Below are positions 1-14,121 of a DNA stretch of 63,737 nucleotides, piece after piece. Position numbers and translations under genes: made by a program. The stretch comes from Glycera tridactyla (taxonomy: Eukaryota): positions 15,500,001 to 15,563,737 of the forward strand of contig OZ286467.1 of assembly GCA_965644265.1 (NCBI GenBank), written 5' to 3'. Every line of letters starts with the position of its first letter. Positions within the stretch are counted from its first letter, which is position 1. The notes below the pieces were generated by a model that was given only the letters and a program-made list of their open reading frames with translations, did no database searches and was not told the origin of the DNA.

Positions 1-2149
1 GATCTACGTGATATCGATAAGCGGTCCCTTCGAGGAACACGTGTCAAAGTCATGGCCTGCTCAGAACTCATGAAAACTGGTAAATGTATCACGTGACCTT
101 GATCGACTTGTTGTCTCTCCTCTAGGTTACATCAGGGCAGTATCGATGCTAGATAAGCCACTTGGTCCATCACTTACCCATCAATCCACCTCATCATCCT
201 CCCATGGAGCAACTTAAACCCATCAGGAATTTGAACCTCAACTTCATCCTGAAACTCCTTCCACAGCAAGGCGATTGGGAACCGTCAGAAAGAGTGAATT
301 GTCAAAACGGAGTCTTCAAGCACCAGATTGAACTAGTGTGAAATACTGTAATGCGGATTTCTGGATGAGAATAGATCATAGTGTGAGGTCACACAGCATC
401 CTTAATTTTTACCTCGAATTCGAGATCATGCCGAGAACGGTGAACATGGGGAATATTTGATGCTCCATCGACTATTTGAACGCACAGATGATGAATCATT
501 CGAGATTTGGTGATTCCAAATGAAAAATGATGACGTGGACGTTTCAAACGTAGCCATTACGTTTGGATTCGAAGCTGAAATGCCAACAACATGTAGAGTG
601 GCAGTTTTTTATAACATGATCGGGTGTATTCTGTCAAAGAGTGGTCATGTGAGATCGATAAGTTCACACTCGCACTGTGTGCGGCATCTAAGACAGGCAC
701 TCGTACATGGCCACAATCATACCTAGTACTCGCCCTGTGGGCTCGTGCTGTATTCTTGCGACCGTGAACTTGTGCGAGTTGGGGATGCCTCAAGCAATGC
801 TCGTGTGATCTTGGATATTTCTCGGTATTCAACTGAAGTTGTTTACGAGCGAGAGTGAATGACACATGATAACCGACTTTCTCTGACGTCACCATCAGTG
901 AATAGGTGACAAATGTTAGCATCATGACTGGTCCACTCATGATCATGATAGATTGCCAGCCCCTGGATCTCCAATTCAATCGATCATAGGTAACGCGATG
1001 ATTCTATAAACTTCACCAAACAAAGACATTGAGCTACGTACGGTCATATTACATGTTCATGCTATACAGACAAGTGCAATGTAAAATAGATACAGTACAT
1101 ATCACAAAATGATTGGTTACATATGTTAGGTAGGATATTCGTACAAGACAGTGCGAATCAAAGACTACAAAAGATTGGTAATATGTGAGACAAGGCGTGT
1201 GTAAGTATCTGGTACCTGTATGATAGGTGGTCGCGTATTCCCTGAAGACTCCATTTGGTCTAATTATTGGTGTGCGTGGTACACATGGTATGGGTATGGG
1301 TGTTATTGAGATGTCGGTATCATAAAGAAGTTATTCGTTACACCATTTCGCTACCATCTTGTGGTCGTCCCACCCTTGGTATCGAATAAGAGACAGAAAT
1401 AGTGAATATATAAGAATCGAATAATAGATTGAAATCACTTGACTGTTAAACCGATGCAGACTTTTATGATATTTATCACGAAATGCATGAGTGTAACGCT
1501 GGTAGAGGACAGGAAAATAATCTTTCATTCATATATCACACACCCATTGATCAGTACATGTAAGAACCTGAATTTCATTCCAGTAATTCATGCTGGCAGG
1601 ACGACTTGATTCTATCGGTTTTACGGTCTTGTATAACTCACTTCACAGAGAAAAAAAAGGGTCATTGTCAATTCATGTATTCCTTCACACGAATCCCTTG
1701 AGTTCTATAAAGGCAGGGTCAATGAACATCGTTACGTTCAACCGAATTAGGTCATAGAGCGCCTGGAGTTACTGGAGCAAGATCAACAGCTAGTCTAGAG
1801 AACAAAGGAAGAATAAAAGAAGTAACTAGAGAGACACTGGTAGCAGCACATGCAAGACTATGTGCTTCGATTTCAGTATTGGTCTCAGAATATTGGAAGT
1901 TGTCAGAATATTATGTACATAAATACCTCGGTGACCACCTGTCGAAATAATAATAATAATAATATAATTATGATCATTATGATAATTATAATGATGATAA
2001 TTAGAAAAATGAAGATGACACATCAGCAATATATCAGCAATATATCATATTACTATCAACACTTTGTCTTGTTCCGTCCGTTATACGACCACACCCACCT
2101 AATTTGACAGCTGATGAGAGCTAATATTTGAACCTAGTTACTGAGAAGT

Positions 2150-2294
2150 CGATTCTCCAAGACATTCAGCATCCAGTTGGTCACAGGGTCAGATCAAACC
2201 CGAGCAGGTCAACTGAGGTATCAGGAGGAAGGCTATCTACACCCAATGGGACATTCATGTAACATGTCTCAAGTGAGCCGAACTACATTCGGAT
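2150..2294 (+). repeat. Interspersed ~145-bp repeat (probable SINE/LINE 3' end)
   Basis: GATTCTCCAAGACATTCAGCATCC...GTGAGCCGAACTACAT is the reverse complement of the copies at 36831-37499. Confidence 0.85.
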
Positions 2295-4489
2295 AGAATA
2301 GATAGGATCCCATGTATTGTATGACAAAACTGAAGACGCTCGTGTTTGCCAGTGATGTTTGTGTATTGGAGGAAAAACGTCATGTATTATCCCACAGGAT
2401 TATGTATGCTGTGTGTTCCTGGTCAATGAGAGCTAGATGTACTCTCCCCTGCAGTCATCACTCTCACAAACCCTGAACATATGATGATGGGGAACATGAA
2501 AGCTTGTAAAGTGAAAGAAGCTGCAGTTCTACCGTACCTGTAACTACCGGTACAGGAAAAGGACATTTTGAACCTGATGATTGCTTTTTTGAATATGTGA
2601 CTGGCTGGAAGCCAACACTCAAGCCTGATTGCCGTGCTTTCTCTTTGGCAAAGCGCATTACTTGAAACGAGGAAAAGTATTCGGAGATTATTCATGCAGT
2701 TAACTGATTACGTGGTGGAACATACAGGGATATTTTCGTGGGATTTGTGTATACAGGGAAAGCTACCGAGAACCATCGTTGGGTACTATCCATTTCAGAA
2801 GTCCCGGGCTTATATGATAGCATCATGCTTCAAGATCCCTTTTCTCATTTTCAGGATGGAGTTTAGGGTCCTTGGGATCAGGGGTAGGTTGGATAATGGC
2901 GAAGATCAGGTTTAGACACCATCATGGTCATGGTATAGACTGATGGACTCTATGGGTACAACTAGGGGCTTTTAAAGTGCATGTGCCCTTCGATGAATAC
3001 TCCTAATTCTACCATACTCGCAATAACAGTAGGGTTTTCAATATAGGTGATATTGATACAGGAAGTTACCCGAAACTGTCAGACTTTTTAGATACTCAGT
3101 TAGATGGACAGATAGATACATAGATTCATTCACTCACTAATTCACTCACGCATTCTCCTATTGAGTGATGACTTTTTCATCAAATCATTCATCCGATAAT
3201 CCAGGACATTCTTTAGCGGGCAAGTCAGCAGCTAATTGGTCTCTCGAGGTTGCCTCAATCGATAATTCAGCGAAACAAATGTTCTTGTATGTGATCTACG
3301 AATGTAATCCAGCTTCCCCTCGATCCCCGACCCTGCTGATTCTCCATCTATCCGATAAAGCACTCATTGTACTGAAGACGCAGTTCACAAATCCACGGTC
3401 CCATCAGTTATGCGAACAGATGGATGGACAAGTTGATGATTCGGCAATTCAGCCATCCTACTATCATCCTACCTAGCGTAGGTCTACCGATAGGATGCGA
3501 GCCTGATAACCGACGCCCGACATTGAGCCAACGTCGTCCATCATACTAAAATAGATTATCCATATTTACGACAGGGATTACCATCCAGTAACAGGACACC
3601 AAGGGCGCAGTTCACTGAAAGAACGCAGTATCTGATCAGGTATATGATCGATTGTCCTGGAAAAGAAAAGCAATTTGTTTATATTGCATCAACATCTTTG
3701 TGAATGGGCCCGACTTGGCAGCGGTGGGAGATTGGGGTTTAGGGACGAGCATGGTGTATTTGGCCTGGAAACAAGATGATGCACAAGCATGCCTGACATG
3801 TGATCCAATGGGGTATTGTAGGGGATATCTTATTTTTGGAATATGGCTTAAGAATAGAGGAAGTGTGGTAATATGGTCGGGTTTGATGAATTTGTCTGGA
3901 CCAATCACCTGATGGAATAGAAGCAAGCTGGCATTGCGTTATGATGTACACGTCTCAGTTTCACTCGCTGTGACACTTTTTATTCAGCAACTTATTCATC
4001 AGTGGTGATGCAGTATATTCCATCGTCAACCGATCCGATCAATCGATTCTCACTTTCATTCTAAAAAATCATCACCTACCAACATCCATTCCTTTCAATT
4101 TAATTCCACCAAGGTTCATATATATCGTTCACATTTTCACGAAAATATGAATTTCCAATCACAATTCTCCTAAATGTTTTCACATAGAAAGTATCCTGTC
4201 ACGTCTTCCAACATTGCCATGATTGATTTCGAACTCAATCACCAGAATTCTCTATCATAGAGATGGGCAAAATCTCGAGAAAAACTTCCATCCTTGCGTA
4301 AAGATAATGGTGGCAGGTGTCCCTGTTCTGAGCAACCTGGTCCATGACATTGCCTGCCAGACTGTAAGGGTTCCGCTGACCAATATCCACATCAAACGTT
4401 CAACGTATAACATGGGCGACTCTACTCGAGTCCTATCTTGCCAGGGCTCACAGATGGATAGATGGATGGATAGAGAGAAGGAAAGATAG

Positions 4490-4771
4490 NNNNNNNNNNN
4501 NNNNNNNNNNNNNNNNNNNNNNNNNNNNNNNNNNNNNNNNNNNNNNNNNNNNNNNNNNNNNNNNNNNNNNNNNNNNNNNNNNNNNNNNNNNNNNNNNNNN
4601 NNNNNNNNNNNNNNNNNNNNNNNNNNNNNNNNNNNNNNNNNNNNNNNNNNNNNNNNNNNNNNNNNNNNNNNNNNNNNNNNNNNNNNNNNNNNNNNNNNNN
4701 NNNNNNNNNNNNNNNNNNNNNNNNNNNNNNNNNNNNNNNNNNNNNNNNNNNNNNNNNNNNNNNNNNNNNNN
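4490..4771. other. Assembly gap (282 N)
   Basis: N-run after a (GATG/GATA)n tract, inside the presumed receptor intron. Confidence 1.
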
Positions 4772-5929
4772 CAAACTCATAATGATTGGATGACACTGCC
4801 TTTTCTCAGATTATTTTATCATGACGATTTCAGAATCGATCAATAGCCATGGGCTGCTGCTTTTCAATGCATGCGCTATATCTTCCATGATTTCTGACGG
4901 TTTATTCAATTGATATTACAAACAAAAGAGCTTAGCTGCAATGTAACGTCATTAAGTTTGGAGCTTGGAGCGATATCCAACGATTGCAATCAATCTCCCA
5001 TCGGCTTATGCTGCCTGGTATATCTCGCAATTCGCTCAATCATTTTGTTGTAATCATAAAAGACTTTGATGTCTAACGAACACAAAATGTGAATGTCGAC
5101 GTGAGATTAAAATGTAATCGAAAATTCTCAAACCCTGCTTCAGGATCTCAATGATTGTGATTCTGGAAACTCTCAATACCCACTGATATTCATTCGCAAC
5201 ATAAAGGGAGAGGCTCTTGAGACATTGAATTGAACCACTGATATCACCACAAGTCGACTCTCTTCACTGATTCAAAATTCGATAAATGACGGCTCCACTA
5301 AGAGTCACTTAGGGATGGTGGCACTTGTTCCTCTATATCACAAATCGAGCAGGGGTAGTCCATGAAACCTTTCTATCTTTAGCCTCGCAAGTCCATCGAG
5401 TTCAACCCCGTATTTCCATTCAACGCGAAGTGGAGGTGATCGTTTCATGAATGCATAGAGAATGGTTAACGTCACGAAGGTAGAGTGGTGCTTCCCTCGC
5501 TCAGTGTATACTCAGTTTAGTACTGCTCTACAGATGATGGATGGCGATGAGCCACATTGTGTGTCAACCTAATAATACGACCGTGCTTCAGTCCCTGGCG
5601 GCACTCATGGTAGCCAGGGGAGGGCATAAACATGAAGGCGCAGCAAGAACATGGAGACTACATTGTAGCTGCTCGCCCACCCATCACCACTCACTCCCAA
5701 TGCTATGCTACAAGCCTGTCATCATGTAAACTTGAATTCCAGTGGGACATTTGAGTCCCTTTACCTATCCTACTTCATGGGAGCATGCATAGATTGATGC
5801 TACAAACAATCAGACAGAGTGGCAGCCAGACAAATAGACTGGTGGAATGGAAGTGAGAGATGCAAAGATAGTAAGAAGCAATATAAAGAAAAGTGTGAAA
5901 ACGTGGGACAAGCACACAGGCAGACTGTC

Positions 5930-6420
5930 ATGCGGACAGACGACAGAATGACAGACAGACAAGTAGACACAGAGACAGACAGACACAAATACAGGTAGTT
6001 AGGCAGACACTAATTTCAGGAGAATGAAGGAGAGAAGAAGAATTGTAGTGAAAGAAATATGGCTTGTGACTTATCGGGGCAAAGTGATTAGCAGGCATAA
6101 TGACAAGGCAGATAGAGCATCATACAGTTGGACAGAACGACAGACAGACAGACAGATAGACTGTAACAGTCTGTTTGTAACAGTCACAATGGTCGACAGA
6201 CCGATAGACAGACACACAAACACATATATACATTCAGTCAGACAGTCAGACACACATACAGATAGACAGACACAGTAAGACGGAATGATGGAATCATGAA
6301 TTGACAGATAGGTGGATGGACAGTCATGCAGACAGACAGACAAATTGGGACAGAGAAATATTCAGATGGATGGGCGGATCGGCGAATATATAGAAAAACA
6401 AACATGATCGACAGACAAAC
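5930..6420. repeat. Degenerate (GACA)n/(GATA)n microsatellite region
   Basis: Recurrent CAGA/GACA tetramers; this explains the spurious CLSVCLS-type ORFs. Confidence 0.85.
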
Positions 6421-7852
6421 AGAAAAAGAGGAAGGGTGAAACAGAGAAGAGACAAAGTTCTACAGATTCTGCCAGAGACGGGCAGATAGAAAAAAGCTGG
6501 TAGACAAAGCATTGGCCAGAGTGACAGATACAGGCAATTAGACAGCCTCATATGCAGACAGACCGGCTCGCGAACATAATAGACAGAATTTTCGCGACAT
6601 GCTAATAGGGATGTGACAGCGATAATTCATGATGGCACATATACAGACAGACACACATGCATGCGGTCTGAATGGTATCCGTGACAGTCGGACATATCCG
6701 CTGGTTGGTGGTTCGCAGCTGACCAGGGACTTGTCAGCACCTGCTCTACAGAATTGCTGTGGGATCCTAGTAACCTGGTTGCAAACCTGAAAATCTATTT
6801 CTTTCGTTTCTATGTTAATTTGCACCATGATAGTTTCACGAATAACAGGACTTCTCCGGGTAATAGAATGTTAAGATGCTTGATGCATCTCGTGTAGCTC
6901 GTGCTGAGCCAAACATTGTAGAGCCATCCTACTCAATCTTCTTCATCCTGCTCACGATTTTGAGTTATTATTGGGAAGATGGATCTTTTGATCATCTTCT
7001 CACCCTGCAGCCAGTGAAAATGTTGCGATTCTGGGGTGATGTGATCATACCCTCTGGCGATGATTCCCCCTCACTCACTTTCCCCCTCCGCTGAATTGAG
7101 AGATTCGATGATGGCTACCATCGATTCTATTTCAATGATAGAAACTGTAGCATCGTTCGCACAACTCCGCAGATGATAATAATACCTGGCCAGTTTCAGA
7201 TGTATCACAATTATCAACACATTTGAGAGGAGTTAGAGAGAAATGTATCTCCCAGAATGGAATCGATTTCTTCACAATGAAGAGGGTGGAAGTATTATCA
7301 ATCCATGCCCAGTGCACCGAAGCTACTGGTATCACCCTTACAAACCCTGAGCATATGGTTGTGGACAATCGCAGAAGTTGTCGGATTAAGAATAAGAATT
7401 TTTTATTTAAACTCAACATGGACAGTCAAATACAATTGACATATCTGTTCCGATCAGAGTGCAAATCATACAATGTGCAGTTTGAACAATATTTTCATGG
7501 CATGGCAACACGTGAAATTGACACTTGGTATATACAATATTTCCAGCTATAGGGATGTTAGGCAAGAGCTGGTATCGATTTAACTCCTGCAGTCACGCTT
7601 ACAATCACTCTCTATTTGCTCATTTTTCTACAAAAAAATCCTTTCACTCCGTGCATTTACCACTGTATTCAGAATCACCTACGCATGCCTAGCACAGACG
7701 AACAAATCCAACCGATAGCGAATCTACGAAGCTAAATTTGGCTGGATGCTGCCACTCAATGATTGAATGGCATAAAGTACATGAGGCCTAAAGGCCTCTC
7801 TGTCTGGAGGCCTGGGGCATGGGACTGATTGGTCATCCCGTTGCTCATATGA

Positions 7853-8015
7853 TAACGATAATGAAAGTGATGATGATATTATTAATGATAATGACAATAA
7901 TAATGATTATAACAATAATAGTAATGATGAAAACGATAAGAATAATGATAATGATAACAATAATGATGATAATGATAACAATGATAATGATCATAATAAC
8001 AATAATAATGATCAT
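7853..8015. repeat. (ATA/ATG)n trinucleotide microsatellite
   Basis: AATAATGAT-type repeats give the poly-Ile/Met ORFs. A shorter similar run lies at ~1946-2000. Confidence 0.9.
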
Positions 8016-11000
8016 AGTACCAATCATGTGTACTTATATAGCGGCATATCCTCATGGAGCTCAAAGATAAACATGATTTGCATATCCAATCTTTTGAATG
8101 GATAGCACCTTACGGACTAGTGGACTGTGCAGGATCCGTGATATTCCATGTATGCTCCCGAGTCACATATTTATGGTATTTATTCCTGATATTGCAATGG
8201 ACTGCAGTATTTTCATCGTCAAGGATGAATATTGTAACAGTTTCTCTGATAAAGTTCAATTCGATGCGGGACATTTGACATCCTGGCGTGATTTATCCTC
8301 TTGAAATACGGCGCCAAAATGAGAAGTTAGAGTCTCTATTGGACAGGATGAAGTGGATGCTGCCAATGGGTGACATTCACTGGTGTATTACATCAGGGTT
8401 GTAGCCTCAGACATCTGCGCCTCTATTTGCTCATTGTGCCGTTGGTTCTACTTTGTTTACTGCAGACAAACACAGACTATGCTTTTACATCAAGTGAATG
8501 GATTCTACCAGAATGTAGGAAGGGAGGCAGTGTTTGTTCTGTGAGTCATGGCAACGTTTCCACATGGTATATGTGGATTGTTTCGCTAAATTTCCGTTTT
8601 TATTGTGACTGACATCGAATGTCTGGGGTACTCCAGCAAAATAGATCTCGATGAAATTCCAGGCCCTGGCTCCCCGACATTTTTCAGGGTGTCGGAGTAC
8701 TGTGCATGGTTGTTGATATCGAATTGAGAAATCCTTTTGTAGAAAACGAAATGAATGTGAAAATTGAAACAAGGAATGAACCAGTCGATCAATGATAAAC
8801 AAATAATGAATAAATAGGTTGAATGAAATGAGTGAGAGCAATTAAGTGACAGGAAAAAAATGATAGGAAAACGAATGGATATATACAAACAAATAAATGA
8901 ATGGATAAGGATGGATGGTGATTGCTACACCCGTGAATCAATTCTCACCTCTCACTTTGTATCGCTGTGAAGGGGTGCACCCGGGAATGCTGTCTAGGTG
9001 CTCCCATGCATGGGTAGCTACTAACTAACGGTGTAAAATGAGCAGATTGTGAGCGTCGAGTGCTCCCAACACCAGGACTGAGCAGACTCAACATCGAAGT
9101 GTCCTTCAGTGTTGAATGATTGCAATGTGATAACTCTTCCATTCTGACATTGAGGAAATCAGTGAGGTCTTGAATGGATGATAATTCGACTGACAAATGA
9201 ATGCATCACTAATGGAACATGAGGCCATCCTAGAGTAACTTCTGGAGATTAAAGTACTTCTGCTGGTGTACTTTTACTGCTCTGTAATTGATGCGATGGG
9301 TCCTCCGCATGGGGGAGTGTAGAGCCCTGAATGGAGTCGACTGCAAAGGTTGAGCACTTTGAGAAGAAAAAAAAAATGCTAACGGGTAAATGCAGCCTTC
9401 TTCTTATGTGGGAAGGGTAAATGTCATATACATTCACGATGTAGCAGGTTCTATTCTGAACAAGTCCATTTCCAACAACCTCCTGAGCAGGACTTCATCT
9501 CAACATTAGTTAATAGCTCTCTCCATTGCACATCTGGAATAAACTTCCCTGATCGAATCCCAAATAGAACATTCAATTGATTTACCGAGTGCAATCGATC
9601 AATTTGAAAGACGCCTTCATTATGGAAGGATTTGAAATGACAATTCAATTTGCCGAAACTTTCATTTGAATCATGTTTGTTGGCGGTGTGATTCCCAAGA
9701 AATATTGAGATAAAGGTTAATAAGATGACTGGATCCTGTGATATTCTCATAATCAGTGAGATCAATTGCATAACAAATCCATTTGAGCGATTTTGTCGTC
9801 ATCTCACGACCACCGTAAAGATGCGTGGTGTGGATATCCTTCACAGTCGTAGGTTGATATATCATTGGTTGTTTAGATATTTTGGGCGACGTGTATTCGT
9901 GTATTCCCCCACCAGGCCCCTCGCACACAATCGTACTATCGACTGTACAGTGAGTGCTGTCGAATGTTGATTGACCGCCCGGTGAAGGTCATCTATACCT
10001 ATTTGTGAACTTGTAGAACCGACACATGAGCATATCCCACGTTTGTACCAGGTGCAAGCCCCTGATGAAGACTGGGGGAGTCAAATACCGGAATGTTGGG
10101 CACAGTGCATCTAAGACCTGGGAAGTCCATATCCAGACTCACTGGACATAGACCCCCAAGCCTTCAAGAATCAAGGATCTCAGATATTTTCAGAGTTGAA
10201 AACCAAACACCATGTTTCCAAAGTTTTCGCTTTCGCTTCGTTTTTTTTTGGTCCATTTTCATGATTCATGAACCGGTCCAATCGAACCACCGCCAAATAG
10301 TTGTATATTAGAGCATGTGCTGCAATCCGACCATGCGCCAACTAATGTGTACTTCCAGAGACAGGTGATAATCAATGGATGAGCGGCTGAGCTCGGGAGC
10401 AAACACCATCATTAGCCAGGTGAGGACTGCTTGAGAGAAGCTGAAAACCCAGGTAGATTATTACCCAGTATGAATGAAACACCAGGAGAGATAAGCAGCA
10501 TTTACATTATTTATTCCCGCATCTGTTTCACAGTCCATGACTGTTGTAGTATGAATAATGACACGGAGGAGTGTGTTCGAAAAGAATAATCTATCACAGT
10601 GAATTCCACTCATTTTGTGACCTAAGATTGTCCTAGATGAATTGCACGAAAATATATTGAGACGGACCATACCTGTACGGACATCAAGAGAAGCCATTGT
10701 CGCTATGAATGCAACCCTCTTCGATTGCAATTACTCACGTTTGAGGAGTTCCCAATACTGGTTTCATCGTGCATGCTGTGAAGTCGTGCGGCAGCGCTGA
10801 TTCAAGTCACAGTCGCCAGTCATGTGCCTGATTGCGGCACGCTTCTTAGTGAGATACGTCACGGCCGCAAGTGAGTGCCATTCGGCGTTTTAAAGGTCAC
10901 CAGGCTTGTTTCTCACTTGTTATATGACCAACGGTAGCGAAATTCAATGGTGGTCATTTTCATTCTTGAAAATATGCCTTGCTCATGTTTTCGAAGAAAC

Positions 11001-11359
11001 TATCGCGAACAACGAGGGTCACACAAATAGTGGATTTGAGTGAGAGTGTTGAAAAGTTTAGCCATCGAGGAAGCTTTTCAGTGGGAAATGGAGGTTATCA
11101 TTCTCAAATGTGTATTTGTAGTTGTGTATGGGAAGCTCTCATTCATATACAGGACCAGGATTACTATCCATATATATGAATGGTCTACGTATGGTCTAAG
11201 TCAATCTTCTCACAACCATACCAAAGATAAAACAAGGAAATTCTGAATCCTCCTATACCTCCATGACACATCGCTAACGACACTATGTGTGTGAAAAATT
11301 GTGCTAGAGAATAATGCTAGAAAGGCTTAAGTAGTATGAATGATGAGATATGAACTGAC

Positions 11360-12022
11360 CTGAGGAAGGCTGGCAACTGTCGAGAAAAGCCATGCGAGCG
11401 TGAGCATCAGTTTACCGCGCTTATCCACATCATTGAGCGATAATGGGTGAAGTATCGCGAAGTATCGATCCAACGAGATGCTGACGAGAATGAAACTACT
11501 CAGGTAAAGTCCAAAGGCACGGAAAAACATGAGAATACGACAGGCAAAATCTCCAGCTTTCCAAGCGACAGTAATCTGCCAGATCGTTTCCAAGGGCAAC
11601 ATAATGAAAGTCACAATAAGGTCAGCAAGAGAGAGATGCATGATGAACATGTTGACACGTGATTTCCGATGTCTGTTTCTGAAAAGAGTGATGAAGACAG
11701 TGAGGTTGCCCACCGCAGCGATGAGAAATAGACAAGAGTAGGTGATGACAGTCATGAGACGAGCATCAGTGAACACCATCTCAGGGGGTAGAGTGACGGG
11801 CCCCGGGGCTGTACTACTACACATTGTCAAGTTGTGCATTTCAGGGAAAGTATGATAGCCAATGGCGTCAAAATGCGCTGAGTTTGAAGTCCAGTTAGTA
11901 CAATCAACAGTAATGTTACTTGCTCCGTCAACTCTCACATAGGCATCATCATATTTAGCCGAATCTATCCCACCAGCCCCTGGCACACCCCCGAATTCTC
12001 CTTCCGTCCCAGTGGGTGCCAT
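11360..12022 (-). CDS. AKHR: First coding exon (221 codons, N-terminus to end of TM4) of an adipokinetic hormone / GnRH-family receptor (rhodopsin-like class A GPCR)
   Basis: The translation shows TM1 (YSCLFLIAAVGNLTVF), TM2 (HLSLADLIVTFIMLPLE), ECL1 W-x-AGDFAC, TM3 with the DRY motif (FRAFGLYLSSFILVSISLDRYFAILHPL) and TM4 (LAWLFSTVASLPQ). There are three N-terminal sequons (NIT, NWT, NLT). FR-x-FGLYLSS and ISLDRYFAI resemble AKH/ACP/GnRH receptors more than corazonin receptors. Homology ends exactly at CAG|GTCAGT (phase-0 donor at 11359), so the ORF tail VSSYLIIHTT is intronic. Family is secure; exact orthology (AKHR vs ACPR/GnRHR) needs a phylogeny. Confidence 0.92.
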
Positions 12023-12560
12023 ATCTGTGACTTACCAAACAAGATGTATCTCTATCTGGTGAAAACTATCCACAAACTTGAGTGATGCTACCAGATCTCG
12101 TGCGGGCTTCAGTTTTGAAGGCAGATAACCCACCGCATATCTGAAGTGAAGATTCACACCTGTGATGATGATTGATTGGTTGATCGATTGAGTGACGGCT
12201 ATAATGGTGGTGAGTTTAACATCCTTTGAACATTATATAATGCTGCTGATTCCTCTGTATGCGTGCAATCAATGGGCATGTGGATTGAGACAGAGCGTTT
12301 ATCATGTCCAGATGTCAATCCGTGGATGATTGGTAATCCTATGATGTGCTCACGTGTGAACTGTCATGGAGTATGTGATGAGCAGGTGTTGTACACGCAT
12401 CCGAGAGAGAGAGAGAAGGCAGCGTGGTGAGCAGGTGCGAGCAAGCAGCAGGAGTGCGAGGATGTTTGTCGTGTTGAATGTGTGCGCTTCATCAACGCTC
12501 TTCTCAATACTGCATCAGTGTCCGCTGACAGTCCCGCCCTCTACATCCGGTTTGAGACGA
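12023..12560 (-). promoter_or_regulatory. Putative 5' UTR/promoter or upstream splice-acceptor region of the receptor gene
   Basis: On the minus strand upstream of the ATG: acceptor-like TTTTCACCAG (boundary ~12055) and CTTCACTTCAG (~12140), a palindromic TATA-like CATTATATAATG (12231-12242), CCAAT (12329-12333), a (CT)n tract (~12403-12417) and GGGCGG (12534-12539). These are short motifs only, with no transcript data. Confidence 0.25.
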
Positions 12561-13945
12561 TCACACCGCCCTAGGTCACACCTATAACATAGAATAATAA
12601 TGGATAGCCATTAGCAAACAACTAGTTACTGCGAGACTTCCGACAGGTATTACTTCCTGTGGTTTTCAGAATTTGATCCTGTAGTTAATCTGAAGTGAGG
12701 GTCAGGTGCAGTCTCACTGGGTCACCACTGAAAAAAGATTTCATCACTCAATGATGGATAGACCTCATGCTTGAATGGATCATAAGAAATTCTACTAGTA
12801 GTGCACCATCAGACAGATTTACTTATATGATATATGCTTCCTGCACAAATGGCGACTATCTGGGGTTAGTGAGTGAAATTTCGATCTGGAGGATCGCCCA
12901 GTACAAGACTTTAAATCAAGCGATCTACATCCACCCTACTTTCACTTTAACTGTTCTCATTCGCCCCATTATTTTTTATGGTATCTAATCGCGATTGGAT
13001 CATGCAAAGCTGCTCGAGTGTCATACAATAAAATACAGATTTAAAGACGTCATCTTTGCCTACATGATATACAAATCGACGAATGCGATAATGAATTTCC
13101 CGGTCAACAGCTTATCTGTAATTGTTCATGACTGTGTTTATCACATGGTGATAGGTGGAATGAAGAGGATGACGATCATGACATCCGCTTGCCAACCCGA
13201 CCATCTGATTCAGAGTCGATCCTGATAATTGACAATACCACAAAATACCTAACAGTCTTACTCATTGTTCTGATACTTGTCTAGACACTTGAACGATATT
13301 TAACGCAAACCAAGAACTAAACCGTTCCTCAGTAGATGGTTTACCAAATCTATCTACTCTAATTCTGTGGATGCAACTTCATGCCAGCGTGTATCTCCAA
13401 TGGAGAGATCCATCGAAAGCTAGTCCCGAGTTGACACATGATATAATCCTCCCCAAGGTCATCTCAATTAGGCTGGAAAATACCTAATTGTGCGGAGAGA
13501 TAATGGCCGCAAGTGCACTTCGGATTAGTGTGAATGTTGTGGCAAACTATTTCGGTGATTATTCTTTGTGTACACACATTCTGAGGGATTATATTGTTGC
13601 AGCTGTGATATGCTTCAGGATTTCACTTCTGCACGGAATCCATATCGTGCACTGGTACATAGCTAATCAAGGTCACCGATGAAAGGCTGCACCATACCAA
13701 GATTTGGTTGGGATTGGTTTGTAGGTTGACATCACATATCAAGCTGAAGGATCAGGCTTCACTCTCGTAAACCCTTGATATATGATGACTGGGAACAATA
13801 AAGCGTCATGTGGAATCGGCAGAGAGTTCAGACACACACAATGTACCTCACATAGATCTGAATAAACCTAATCATGGGCTGACCAACCAGGTAATCGGCT
13901 GGGAACTGACACCCAAACCCTGGAATATGCATATGCAGCAGTATA

Positions 13946-14121
13946 CAGTCAAACCTGTATTCAGCAACCACCCTTGGGACAGTGAAAAGTGGTTGCTCGA
14001 GACAGTTAGTTGTTTAATACAGGTTGATCAAAGTGAGAAATACTCTGGAGGGATTCTCTAAAGTGGTTGCTTAAGGCAGGTGGTTGCTTGATACAGGTGC
14101 CTTTCATAGCAGGTTCAACTG
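13946..14121 (+). mobile_element. MITE with CAGTCAAACCTG-type ends (Tc1/mariner-pogo-like)
   Basis: Left TA-CAGTCAAACCTG and degenerate right CAGGTTCAACTG, with repeated internal GTGGTTGCT motifs shared with the other copies in the window. Confidence 0.7.

Noticed and set aside
3636-3926. Tyrosine-recombinase-like motif (SHVRHACASSCF)
   Set aside because: No other catalytic residues or DIRS/Crypton features nearby.
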